Below, piece by piece: positions 17,343 through 26,049 of a stretch of 44,290 nt of DNA (positions are counted from its first letter, which is position 1; each line of letters starts with the position of its first letter). Under the pieces are notes generated by a model that did no database searches, was not told where the DNA came from, and saw nothing but the letters and a program-made list of their open reading frames with translations. The stretch is taken from the IMG/VR virus record IMGVR_UViG_3300020045_003367, positions 1 to 44,290 of that record. One strand, written 5' to 3'. This DNA is from a virus. Lineage: Duplodnaviria; Caudoviricetes. The position numbers and the translations under genes were made by a program.

Positions 17343-19046
17343 ATGTTAGATGGATTTGAAATGCCAGAAGGCTTTAAAGAGTTAGACTTAACAGAGTTTG
17401 GCACTGTAATGGCGCCAGTAACTAATAAGATTGCATTAATTGATGCTGATACACTAGCATGGACAAGTGCACTTGCTGCTCAACAAGAGATGCAAGTATT
17501 ACCAGATACTTTCTATACAGAGATTGAGTTAGATGCAATTAAAACTAATCCAACATTTGATGAAGAGTCAATGACATACTCATTGATTGACATCGATATG
17601 GCTATGCAACTTGCTGATGATAAGTTACAACGTATTTATGAACTATCTGGTTGTAGAAGTTGTGAGATGCACTTTTCTGGTGGTAGAGAGAATTTTAGAT
17701 ACATGCTATTTCCAGAGTATAAAGCTAATCGTACAGGTATGAAAGTACCAGATGGCTTATATGAGTTAAAACTAAAACTTTGTGAAAAGTATAATGGTAT
17801 AATTCATACAAAATGGGAAGCAGATGATTATGTAGTTTTTGTTATGCAACAAGCACCTGAGAACTATGTTCTTTGCGCGGTTGATAAAGATGTTATTAAC
17901 TCGGTAGTTGGTACACATTTTAACTATTATGAGTCAGGAGCATTTAATAAAGATATGCATTATGTAACTACAGATGAGAGTACAGCAAAACTTTGGCCTT
18001 ATATACAATGTATGACTGGTGATACTAGTGATGGTATTGCTGGTGTTAAAGGTATTGGACCTAAAACTGCACTTAAGTTTATAAATGATACTATGACTCA
18101 TCAAGAGTTATGGGAAGGCACGCTAAGCGCATATAGGAGTAAAAATATTGATGAAAGCCAAGCTCTTCTTAATATGAGACTTGTTAATATGCATCAACTT
18201 ATAGCACCTATTGGTTGTGAAGTAGGTATTAAACTATGGGAGCCTACACACATGAACTATGAACAAGACTATAGGCAATTAGTTAAGAAAATTCTTGATA
18301 CTGGTGAATTAAGAGAAGGTAGAAATGGTAAAACATTAGCTATCTTCGGTGAAACTATTAAAATAGATTTAAGTAATTCTATGGAGTTTCCACTTTTAAC
18401 AGGGCGTAAGATTTTCTATAAAGGTGTGCTAGGTGAACTTGCAGCAATGCTTAGAGGACCTAAAACTATTGCAGACTTTAAAAAGTTTGGTTGTAACTAT
18501 TGGGATTTATGGGCAAAAGAAGATGGAACTATTAATGTTGATTATGGTAATTCATGGATAGATTTTAATGGCGTTGACCAGCTTGAAAGGTTACGTGAAA
18601 GTCTAGCAACAGACCCAAGAGGTAGAAGACATCTAGTTACTGGATGGAGGCCTGATAATTTATGGGCATTAGACTTACCATGTTGTCATTATGCTTACCA
18701 ATTCTATATTCGTGATGGAGAATATATTGATATGCTATGGCATCAAAGAAGTTGTGATACTATGATAGGTTTACCTAGTGATGTTATCTTTGCAGCAACC
18801 TGGTTAATCTTCCTAGCAAGTGACCTAGGTTATATGCCAGGCACTATAACTATGACTCTTGGTGATACTCATATCTATGAAGAGCATATTGACCAAGCAA
18901 AAGAGTACCTAAAGACTCTAATGTCAGATGCCCCAACATATAGAACTACTACTATATATCAAGATTTTAGAAAGTTCGAACCAGATTGGTTAGTAATTGA
19001 GAATTATAATCCAGTTACAACTATGAAGTTTGAGTTAAAGGCTTAA
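17343..19046 (+). CDS. Fusion of a 5'-3' exonuclease (T7 gp6/T4 RNase H-like) and a thymidylate synthase homolog with Asp at the Asn177-equivalent position
   Basis: N-terminal LIDAD, YKANR, EADD, DKD, GDTSDGI.GVKGIGPKTA; C-terminal from M304 GRN, FPLL, RR, PCCH, QRSCDTMIGLPSD, GDTHIY. Confidence 0.9.
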   Translation: MLDGFEMPEGFKELDLTEFGTVMAPVTNKIALIDADTLAWTSALAAQQEMQVLPDTFYTEIELDAIKTNPTFDEESMTYSLIDIDMAMQLADDKLQRIYELSGCRSCEMHFSGGRENFRYMLFPEYKANRTGMKVPDGLYELKLKLCEKYNGIIHTKWEADDYVVFVMQQAPENYVLCAVDKDVINSVVGTHFNYYESGAFNKDMHYVTTDESTAKLWPYIQCMTGDTSDGIAGVKGIGPKTALKFINDTMTHQELWEGTLSAYRSKNIDESQALLNMRLVNMHQLIAPIGCEVGIKLWEPTHMNYEQDYRQLVKKILDTGELREGRNGKTLAIFGETIKIDLSNSMEFPLLTGRKIFYKGVLGELAAMLRGPKTIADFKKFGCNYWDLWAKEDGTINVDYGNSWIDFNGVDQLERLRESLATDPRGRRHLVTGWRPDNLWALDLPCCHYAYQFYIRDGEYIDMLWHQRSCDTMIGLPSDVIFAATWLIFLASDLGYMPGTITMTLGDTHIYEEHIDQAKEYLKTLMSDAPTYRTTTIYQDFRKFEPDWLVIENYNPVTTMKFELKA

Positions 19047-19047
19047 T

Positions 19048-19461
19048 ATGCAAGTAGGTATTTGCTTATTAAGTAAAAATGGATACTATTTAAGGGAGGA
19101 CGGAAGTCTTCCTATTAGGCCATCATGGGATAAAAAGTTTTTAGTTGACTTAGTAACAGGTATGTCAACTATTTGTAGTCAAAATACGTTTAATACTTTA
19201 CCTCTTAGTATTAAAGAAGTTTGTCCTTTTAGCTATATTTATATTCCTAGTGAGGATACTAGATTTGATTTACCTTGCCAAGATATAAACCTAGGTATTG
19301 CAACATTTAAAGAAAATCCAGAACTTATGTTTATAGTTAGGTCAAAATATGAAGCAGATGGTGGTAAGTTATTAAGACTTGATAACTATACTAAGATTAT
19401 AGATTTTACAAAAGATGATGGAGACTTTGAAATATGGAAACTAAAGACTTTGAGCAACTAG
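19048..19461 (+). CDS. Divergent dihydrofolate reductase-like protein
   Basis: NG....DGSLP...SWDKKFL and ICSQNTFNTLP resemble FolA N-terminal motifs; directly after the TS homolog. Confidence 0.55.
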   Translation: MQVGICLLSKNGYYLREDGSLPIRPSWDKKFLVDLVTGMSTICSQNTFNTLPLSIKEVCPFSYIYIPSEDTRFDLPCQDINLGIATFKENPELMFIVRSKYEADGGKLLRLDNYTKIIDFTKDDGDFEIWKLKTLSN

Positions 19462-20081
19462 CATTATCAATCGCTAGTAAATCACTTGCAAAGAAACGTA
19501 AAGTTGGAGCAGTAATAGTTGATTGTAACAATTATATATTAGGTACAGGGTTTAACTATAATCCTAGTGGTGGATTATGTGAAGATGACCTAGGTAATAC
19601 TTTTCCTGGAGTTATTCATGCTGAAGTCGCAGCTATAGACTCTATGGGAATTACATATCCTAAGTCATTAGCCTATCCACTTACTATTTTCGTTACTCAT
19701 TCACCATGCGAAAATTGTCAAAAAGCAATTTCTAATGCTAATATTGATAATATAGTAGTTGTTAATCAGTTTATGAAGTTTGATACAGGTAAACCTAGAT
19801 ATGACTTAATTCCACCAAGCGCTATGGCAGGTATGGCTAAAGTATTAACATACGGAGCTAAGAAGTATAAACCAGGTAACTGGAAAGAAGTAGAAAGTTT
19901 AGATAGGTATGTAGCAGCTTTATATAGGCACCTAGAAGCCTGGAGGCAAGGTGAAAAGACTGATAGTGAAAGTGGGTTACTTCATCTAGAACATGCTTTA
20001 ACTAATGTAGCCTTTCTACTTGAACTAGATAAACCTAAACTAGTAAGGAGACGCCGTGGTACAAATCAAAACTCTAATTGA
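19434..20081 (+). CDS. dCMP deaminase fused to DUF5664 (dATP/dGTP diphosphohydrolase-like)
   Basis: KVGAVIV, HAE, SPCENC; then KFDTGKPRYDLIP..YGAKKY..NW..RHL..DSESGLLHL. Confidence 0.88.
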   Translation: METKDFEQLALSIASKSLAKKRKVGAVIVDCNNYILGTGFNYNPSGGLCEDDLGNTFPGVIHAEVAAIDSMGITYPKSLAYPLTIFVTHSPCENCQKAISNANIDNIVVVNQFMKFDTGKPRYDLIPPSAMAGMAKVLTYGAKKYKPGNWKEVESLDRYVAALYRHLEAWRQGEKTDSESGLLHLEHALTNVAFLLELDKPKLVRRRRGTNQNSN

Positions 20082-20304
20082 AGAGATGAGTGCTAAAGGT
20101 CTTAAGGGTTATGAGATTGCTGAACGACTAGGAGTATCAAATTCTATGGTTAGCAGTTATACTACACAAGGTTTTGATGCTAGTTTTAATGTAGCAGTAA
20201 AAGTATATCAGGATATGAAAATAGTTCTGCATCCATTTGCTGAAGAGAGTTTAATCTACGAAATTAATAAAAGGGGTGAAAATGCTAAACTTAGACGAGC
20301 TTGA
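20056..20304 (+). CDS. XRE-like HTH DNA-binding protein
   Basis: GLKGYEIAERLGVSNSMVSSY; AAGGAG RBS. Confidence 0.75.
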   Translation: MVQIKTLIEEMSAKGLKGYEIAERLGVSNSMVSSYTTQGFDASFNVAVKVYQDMKIVLHPFAEESLIYEINKRGENAKLRRA

Positions 20305-20815
20305 GAAAGCAACAACTGAATGGGCAGATGCAAGAGGTATCATTAGAAACGGTAAACTAGTTACGCAAGTAGCTAAACTATTTGAAGAGTCTGGTGAATT
20401 AGCAGGTGCTATTCTAAAAAATAAAGATAAAGAGATTAAAGATAGTATTGGTGATAGCATAGTTGTACTTAATAACATAGCTAAAATCTATGGTACTACT
20501 TTAGAAGAGTGCTGGAACTTAGCTTATGAAGAGATTAAGGACCGGAAAGGGTATCTTAATGAAGAAGGTAACTTTATTAAAGAAGCAGATATGCAAGAAG
20601 TTATTAAGGCAGAGAAAATTATTAGTAATACAGATTTTATGTATGACACTAGACCTTTTACTATAACTATTAGTATAACTTATGATGACAAGACTAGTGA
20701 AATTTTAACTATATGGTCAACTATTTTATCTCCTATTGAAGTTCCAAGAGGTAAATATTTAACGCTAAGTCAATATAAAGAAGTATTAACAGGATTATTC
20801 TATGAATTTATATGA
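20276..20815 (+). CDS. MazG-like NTP pyrophosphohydrolase with a C-terminal extension
   Basis: WADARG..KLFEESGELA..IKDSIGD..AYEEIKDRKG. Confidence 0.85.
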   Translation: MKMLNLDELEKATTEWADARGIIRNGKLVTQVAKLFEESGELAGAILKNKDKEIKDSIGDSIVVLNNIAKIYGTTLEECWNLAYEEIKDRKGYLNEEGNFIKEADMQEVIKAEKIISNTDFMYDTRPFTITISITYDDKTSEILTIWSTILSPIEVPRGKYLTLSQYKEVLTGLFYEFI

Positions 20816-21668
20816 ACAACAAAAAGGTAAAGCACTTGATAAGTTACCAGGTAAAATTAATTTTAATACTACAGAATACCTAGTATCAACTAAATATGAT
20901 GGCAATCGTATCTTTATTGTAAAAGGTAAAGATAGTGTAAGGTTTTTTACTTCTGACTGGAAAGAGTTTAACTTACCATATAACTATGATGAGTTATATA
21001 ACATACCAGATGACTTCGTTCTTGAAGCGGAACTAAACTATGGTTGTATTGGTAAACTAGGCGATAGACCTAAGTCTGCTATTATTACAACATGGAGAAC
21101 AGACTTTAATAAAGGTATTAAAAGTAAAACTCCAGGTCTTTCAGTCTTTATTAGAGTATTTGATATAGTATTCTTAAAAGATGGTAGAGTACAAGGTCTT
21201 AATTTTACTTATGAGCAACGTCTTGCATGGTTAGGTGTTCTTAGATTACCTAATTATATGAAAGTAATTACCACAGTTAAACTATTAGGTTATGATGCTA
21301 TTCAAATGGCTAAGAACCATGTTAAAGATGGTTGGGAAGGTTTAATGTGTGTTGAGCCAACCAGTTACTATACTTATGGTAAACGTGGTAATCACATAGT
21401 TAAACTTAAGTACCGTAAAACTGCTGATTTACTTTGTATAAGTGTAGAAGGTGGTGCAGGCAAATATAGAGGTATGATTGGCGCACTAATTCTTAAAGAC
21501 TCTAAAGGTAGAATTGTAAATGTTGGTAGTGGACTTCAAGATGGTGATAGAAGTACTAATAAGGATTATATAGGTAAAATTATAGAGATTGAGTATGAGC
21601 AAATACTTGATACATATATCCAACCTACATTTATCCGTGTTAGAGATGATAAGCAATTGAGTGACTAA
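20802..21668 (+). CDS. ATP-dependent DNA ligase
   Basis: KYDGNR, EAE, VFD, EGLM, KLK, VGSG and an OB-fold C-terminus. Confidence 0.9.
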   Translation: MNLYEQQKGKALDKLPGKINFNTTEYLVSTKYDGNRIFIVKGKDSVRFFTSDWKEFNLPYNYDELYNIPDDFVLEAELNYGCIGKLGDRPKSAIITTWRTDFNKGIKSKTPGLSVFIRVFDIVFLKDGRVQGLNFTYEQRLAWLGVLRLPNYMKVITTVKLLGYDAIQMAKNHVKDGWEGLMCVEPTSYYTYGKRGNHIVKLKYRKTADLLCISVEGGAGKYRGMIGALILKDSKGRIVNVGSGLQDGDRSTNKDYIGKIIEIEYEQILDTYIQPTFIRVRDDKQLSD

Positions 21669-21973
21669 TGTCAGAGCAACAAATACAATCAAAATTTATT
21701 AAGCATCTTGAAGAACGAGGTGCTTATGTAATTAAGGTAATAACGGCAAGTAGAAAAGGTGTATTAGACTTAGTTATATGCTACAAAGGATTATTTGTAG
21801 GTATAGAAGTTAAAGATACAGGTAAGTTAAATGAGGTAAGTCCACTTCAAGAGTACAATCTAAACAAAATTAAAGATTGCGGTGGGCAAAGTCTATTATG
21901 TGATAAGTTATCTAACCTAGTTGAATTCTTTGACTATTTAGACAAGCACTATCAAGTTATATTTATCCCATAA
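21668..21973 (+). CDS. VRR-NUC nuclease (Holliday junction resolvase-like)
   Basis: SEQQIQ..G..D...IEVK...SPLQ. Confidence 0.85.
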   Translation: MSEQQIQSKFIKHLEERGAYVIKVITASRKGVLDLVICYKGLFVGIEVKDTGKLNEVSPLQEYNLNKIKDCGGQSLLCDKLSNLVEFFDYLDKHYQVIFIP

Positions 21974-21989
21974 TAGGTTTATATTAATT

Positions 21990-22046
21990 GACTAATAAAA
22001 CTCGTTCATGGACCACCAGGACATTAAATTAAGTTTAAAAGGTTAT
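21990..22046 (+). repeat. Dispersed leader repeat, copy 2
   Basis: Near-identical to 7212-7268. Confidence 0.9.
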
Positions 22047-22049
22047 AAA

Positions 22050-23261
22050 ATGATTGAACCTTGGGCTCATCAAATTGAAAAAGCAGAAGCATGTTGGGAG
22101 ATATTAAAACAAAAAGGTTATGTATACTTACAAGGTAAACCTAGAAGTGGTAAGACATTAACTTCTATTTTAGTTGCTGAAAAATCAGATAAGATTAATC
22201 ATGTACTAGTACTTACCACTAAGAATGCTATTCCTGGTTGGTTACCTTTTATAGCAGGTAGAAAACATAAGTATACAGTTACTAACTATGAGCAAGTTGG
22301 TTCAATAGTTAATAATAAGATAGTACTTAAACTTAATCCTAATGACTATCAACTAGTAATTATTGATGAGTCTCATAGAATTGGAGCATTTCCTAAAGCA
22401 TCAAATCGTATTAGAGTAATTCAAAAACTATGTTGGAACCTACCTCATATTCATCTTAGCGGTACAGGTATAGTTGAGTCACCATGTTCAATATATCCAC
22501 AGATGAGTATATCTAAATTTAATCCATTCCCATTTAAGAACTTCTATCTATTCCATAAACTATACGGTGACCCTTATTATATTAAGGTTCATGGTAAAGA
22601 TATGATGCAATATGATAGGTATAATAAAGTCTTACTTGATAAGATAGATGAGTTTACAGTATATATGACTCAGGAAGATGCAGGTATATCTAAGGACTTA
22701 CAAGCAGTTGATAGGTTACACTATATAGAGCTAGAACCTAAAACTAAAGCTACATATAATCAACTACAAGATAATCAAATTATTAAGTTTGATTTTGGTA
22801 TGCTAGTTGCTGATACAACTATGAAGTTAAGAACTAGTTTACATATGATTGAAAGCGGGGTGGTTAAAATTGAAGATAATTATTTCTTTCTTGGTAATAC
22901 TGAAAAGATTGAGTATATTAAAAAGACTTGGGGTGATACGGAAGATACAGGTATTATGTGTCACTTTATTGGTGAGAGGTTATTACTTGAGAAGCATTTT
23001 AAGAAAGCTAAACTCTATTCCTCCAATGCTCATGCTGAGGGTATTGATTTGTCTATGTTACATAGCTTTATTATACTCAGTTCTGATTACTCTGGAGCTA
23101 AGTTTATACAACGTCGTGAACGTATTATTAATATTAATGGTAGTAACACTCTTGATGTACATCATATTTTAGTTAAGAAAGCTATAAGCGAACAAGTTTA
23201 TAGAAGAGTAAGTAAAAAGCAAGACTTTAATAACGAGACTTACGAGAGAGCTAAACTTTAG
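22050..23261 (+). CDS. SF2 (SNF2-like) helicase (start moved to ATG 22050)
   Basis: PWAHQ, GKPRSGKT, NYE, IIDESH, LSGT, EGIDL, QRRERI; AAAGG RBS. Confidence 0.88.
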   Translation: MIEPWAHQIEKAEACWEILKQKGYVYLQGKPRSGKTLTSILVAEKSDKINHVLVLTTKNAIPGWLPFIAGRKHKYTVTNYEQVGSIVNNKIVLKLNPNDYQLVIIDESHRIGAFPKASNRIRVIQKLCWNLPHIHLSGTGIVESPCSIYPQMSISKFNPFPFKNFYLFHKLYGDPYYIKVHGKDMMQYDRYNKVLLDKIDEFTVYMTQEDAGISKDLQAVDRLHYIELEPKTKATYNQLQDNQIIKFDFGMLVADTTMKLRTSLHMIESGVVKIEDNYFFLGNTEKIEYIKKTWGDTEDTGIMCHFIGERLLLEKHFKKAKLYSSNAHAEGIDLSMLHSFIILSSDYSGAKFIQRRERIININGSNTLDVHHILVKKAISEQVYRRVSKKQDFNNETYERAKL

Positions 23262-23267
23262 CTCTCT
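23245..23267. terminator. Perfect inverted repeat where the two transcription arms converge
   Basis: AGAGAGCTAAA-C-TTTAGCTCTCT; contains both stop codons. Confidence 0.55.
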
Positions 23268-23413
23268 TCCTCTTGCTTTTGCATCCCACTAGAAACCTCC
23301 TGTAATTTATTATCTACTATAGTCTCATCCTTAGGCACAGTATTAAGCGCAACTCTAGCTTCTGGGTCTATATGAAGGTTTAAAGCATCTTGCATTAGTT
23401 TATCACATTTCAT
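23258..23413 (-). CDS. 51-aa hypothetical protein not in the ORF track
   Basis: MKCDKLMQDALNLHIDPEAR...EEES; ATGA-coupled to the upstream gene; GAGGT RBS. Confidence 0.55.
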   Translation of the reverse strand: MKCDKLMQDALNLHIDPEARVALNTVPKDETIVDNKLQEVSSGMQKQEEES

Positions 23414-26049
23414 TTACATACCTCACTTAGCATTTCTTTAAATTTAAGGGCTATAATCTTATCTGCTTCTTCTTTAGGTAGTTGAATGCCAAAGTCAGTT
23501 TGAATACGTTTAATCATTAATTCTGCTTCCCCTCTAATTATCTTATCTAGTATAGCAGCATTAGCCTCACGCTCACCCATTTTAAGCTGACCTCTAGTAT
23601 AGTCTATAAGTTTAGTAAACCTAGAATTATCCATATATTTAGTTGCTTTTTCGACTATTTCATCGTTACTAATTTTACTAGTTGACTGCCAGATAAAGTC
23701 TGAGATAATATCATCAGTTCTATCTTTCATAATAGCTGATGTTGGGTCTCCAGCTATTGTACCTTTAGTAGTAGCATAAAGAGTATTACCTACAGTATCT
23801 AGTTCTCTAGTCTTAGCATCAGTAGGTTTTTTCCATACTAGTCTTGGTGGAGCTTCCTTACCATATAATTCTTTTATCTTAGCTTGTCTACCGGCATACT
23901 CTTGTCTTAAGCCTCTTAGCTGCTCATCAAAGTTTAACTTATCTCTAAAGGTTCTAGTCTCCTTAGGGATAGCTCGCATCATATCTTTAATACCTTTATC
24001 ACTAAGAGGGTTCTCCATTAGTCTTGCAGTATTCTTAATAAGAGCTAAACTATTTGCTTCATCCCCTGGCATTAACTGTTTTACATAGTTAAATACTCTA
24101 GAAGCAAACTCATACTTAATTCTAACTACAGGGTCAGTAGTTAGATATGATTGGAATTTAGGTATCTCAATATTACCTGTAACTTTAGCTAAGTTTACAT
24201 CGTTTTTAAATACTTCAGCCATACGATGAATAGTTCTAACAGTCTGTTTAGCTTGCGGTGAAGTCCATCTCACTTTCTTAAGCTCATCACTTAGCATACC
24301 AAAGTGAATAGCTCTATTACCACCAACTTGACCTGCTGAATACTTCTCAACCATCTCATTAAGTATTGAGCCATCAATACGACTTCTAACATTCTTGGGT
24401 AATTTCTCCATTACCTCAAAGAATGTATTATCACCAGCAGAAATATACTTAGATAATAACTTAACTACTCTATCTTCGTCTATACCAGGTCTAGTCATAG
24501 CTTTATAAAGAACGTTATTTTCTAACTTCTTCATATTACTATACTCACTCTTAGCTAAGTTCCAGTTATCTTGCCAGACTTTGCTATTAGGAATATAGGT
24601 ATCAGCAGCTCTACTAATCTCTTGGTCAATGGAGCCTAATACTGTATCAAGGGTTTTCTTATCGCTGTATGATAAAGTGTTAGAACTAAACTTAACATCA
24701 TTAACTACTTGACGTAAATCTATTAAATCCTTAAATGTTCGCCCTTCAGTAATATCATTAATTCTAGTAAGTAAACTAGCGAATCTTTGTTCAACAACAG
24801 GGTCTTTAATATCTGCACCAATCTTAGCTAGTAATGGCTGTAACCCTGTAGCTTCAAAATCAAATTGATAGCCTTGTGTAAACTCATCACTAGACTCTTT
24901 TACCTTATTATAGAAAGTTTTTACTTCAGTAGTATAATTATCTAAGCCATCTCTAACTATTGCTTGTACATTATCTGCTGATAAATTCTTAGTCTGAGTC
25001 ATTAAGTCTTGAGCTCTATCAAAGATTTGCCTAGCTATATTACCGCTGGCTTTAGAGTCAAATATATTAGCTTTTTCAGCAATAGACTCACCACCAGGTC
25101 GTGTCATAGCTAATACTTTAAGTACTTTTTCTTTCTCTGTACCTTCAACCTCACCTACTAATTTCTCGAATACCCCTACTAACTCTTTAGCTTGAGTATC
25201 AGATACACCATAATGGGTTAGAGCATGTTCATAAGCCCCGTCAATATTGCCAGCTACTACTTGACCATATACAGACTTTAACCATTTAGCAGTGCCCATA
25301 GCAGGGCGTATAGCTATATCTCCCAGTATACCAGCTGTTAAGTCAAAGATACCGGCTTCAGCCATTTGGTCAGTCAATAACTTGTTATCAACTTTCTTAA
25401 TTAGGTTAACCTGGTTAATAAGAATATCTGCGCCCTTACCTATGGCTGCTCCAGTAGCACTACCTAGGTACCTGCCTACCATACTACCAACTGGACCTAC
25501 TCTACCTCCTACTAAGCTACCTACTGCATAACCACCAATAGCTCCAGCCAACTCAGCCTTAGATTTATACATATCTTGTAAGAAGTTAGTATCAACTGGA
25601 ATAAGCATTCCATCTTTCTCAACAGTTAATTCCCCTCCTTCACTAAATTGTGCATTCTCATAACCTTTTCTGGCTAACTCATTAACTACTTCTTGCTTAA
25701 CTAGGTTTGTATCATTAGTTGCTTCAATTCTAGCATCTTCATTCCATAATCCCTTGGCTGTCTTAAGTAGTGTAGAATACTTATTATGAATATTTTCTAC
25801 ACTACCTACTACATCTTGAGCACCTTTCTTAGTTTCAAGGCCAACTTGACTCTGTTGTTCAGCTTGCTTATCTACAGTAGCTGTAGTATCAGCATTGTAT
25901 ACAGTTTCAAACTTCTGAGGTTGACTATTACCTATATCAAACTTTATTGCTCTTGTATCCTCATTCATAATCTCAAAACCAGTTGGTAGCTCACCTATAG
26001 TAGGATTAGCGTCTCCAATAATCTCAAAGCCACTAGGTAATTCGTTCAT
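23410..26049 (-). CDS. Large internal virion/DNA ejection protein
   Basis: N-terminal ELPxGFEI twice, Gly/Ala-rich hydrophobic segment, long helical body; end of the structural arm. Confidence 0.65.
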   Translation of the reverse strand: MNELPSGFEIIGDANPTIGELPTGFEIMNEDTRAIKFDIGNSQPQKFETVYNADTTATVDKQAEQQSQVGLETKKGAQDVVGSVENIHNKYSTLLKTAKGLWNEDARIEATNDTNLVKQEVVNELARKGYENAQFSEGGELTVEKDGMLIPVDTNFLQDMYKSKAELAGAIGGYAVGSLVGGRVGPVGSMVGRYLGSATGAAIGKGADILINQVNLIKKVDNKLLTDQMAEAGIFDLTAGILGDIAIRPAMGTAKWLKSVYGQVVAGNIDGAYEHALTHYGVSDTQAKELVGVFEKLVGEVEGTEKEKVLKVLAMTRPGGESIAEKANIFDSKASGNIARQIFDRAQDLMTQTKNLSADNVQAIVRDGLDNYTTEVKTFYNKVKESSDEFTQGYQFDFEATGLQPLLAKIGADIKDPVVEQRFASLLTRINDITEGRTFKDLIDLRQVVNDVKFSSNTLSYSDKKTLDTVLGSIDQEISRAADTYIPNSKVWQDNWNLAKSEYSNMKKLENNVLYKAMTRPGIDEDRVVKLLSKYISAGDNTFFEVMEKLPKNVRSRIDGSILNEMVEKYSAGQVGGNRAIHFGMLSDELKKVRWTSPQAKQTVRTIHRMAEVFKNDVNLAKVTGNIEIPKFQSYLTTDPVVRIKYEFASRVFNYVKQLMPGDEANSLALIKNTARLMENPLSDKGIKDMMRAIPKETRTFRDKLNFDEQLRGLRQEYAGRQAKIKELYGKEAPPRLVWKKPTDAKTRELDTVGNTLYATTKGTIAGDPTSAIMKDRTDDIISDFIWQSTSKISNDEIVEKATKYMDNSRFTKLIDYTRGQLKMGEREANAAILDKIIRGEAELMIKRIQTDFGIQLPKEEADKIIALKFKEMLSEVCK

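Noticed and set aside
20056-20304. HTH as a lysogeny repressor
   Set aside because: It lies within the replication operon, with no integrase, divergent cro/cI pair or partition genes
19770-20815. Z-base (2-aminoadenine) system suggested by DUF5664 and MazG
   Set aside because: No PurZ/PurA homolog is recognisable, and the context is pyrimidine metabolism
22008-22049. N-terminal extension MDHQDIKLSLKGYK of the helicase
   Set aside because: It is the non-coding leader repeat; the RBS supports ATG 22050
20251-23172. ORFs 20251..20478, 21486..21692 and 22849..23172
   Set aside because: Overlap MazG, ligase and helicase; no independent evidence
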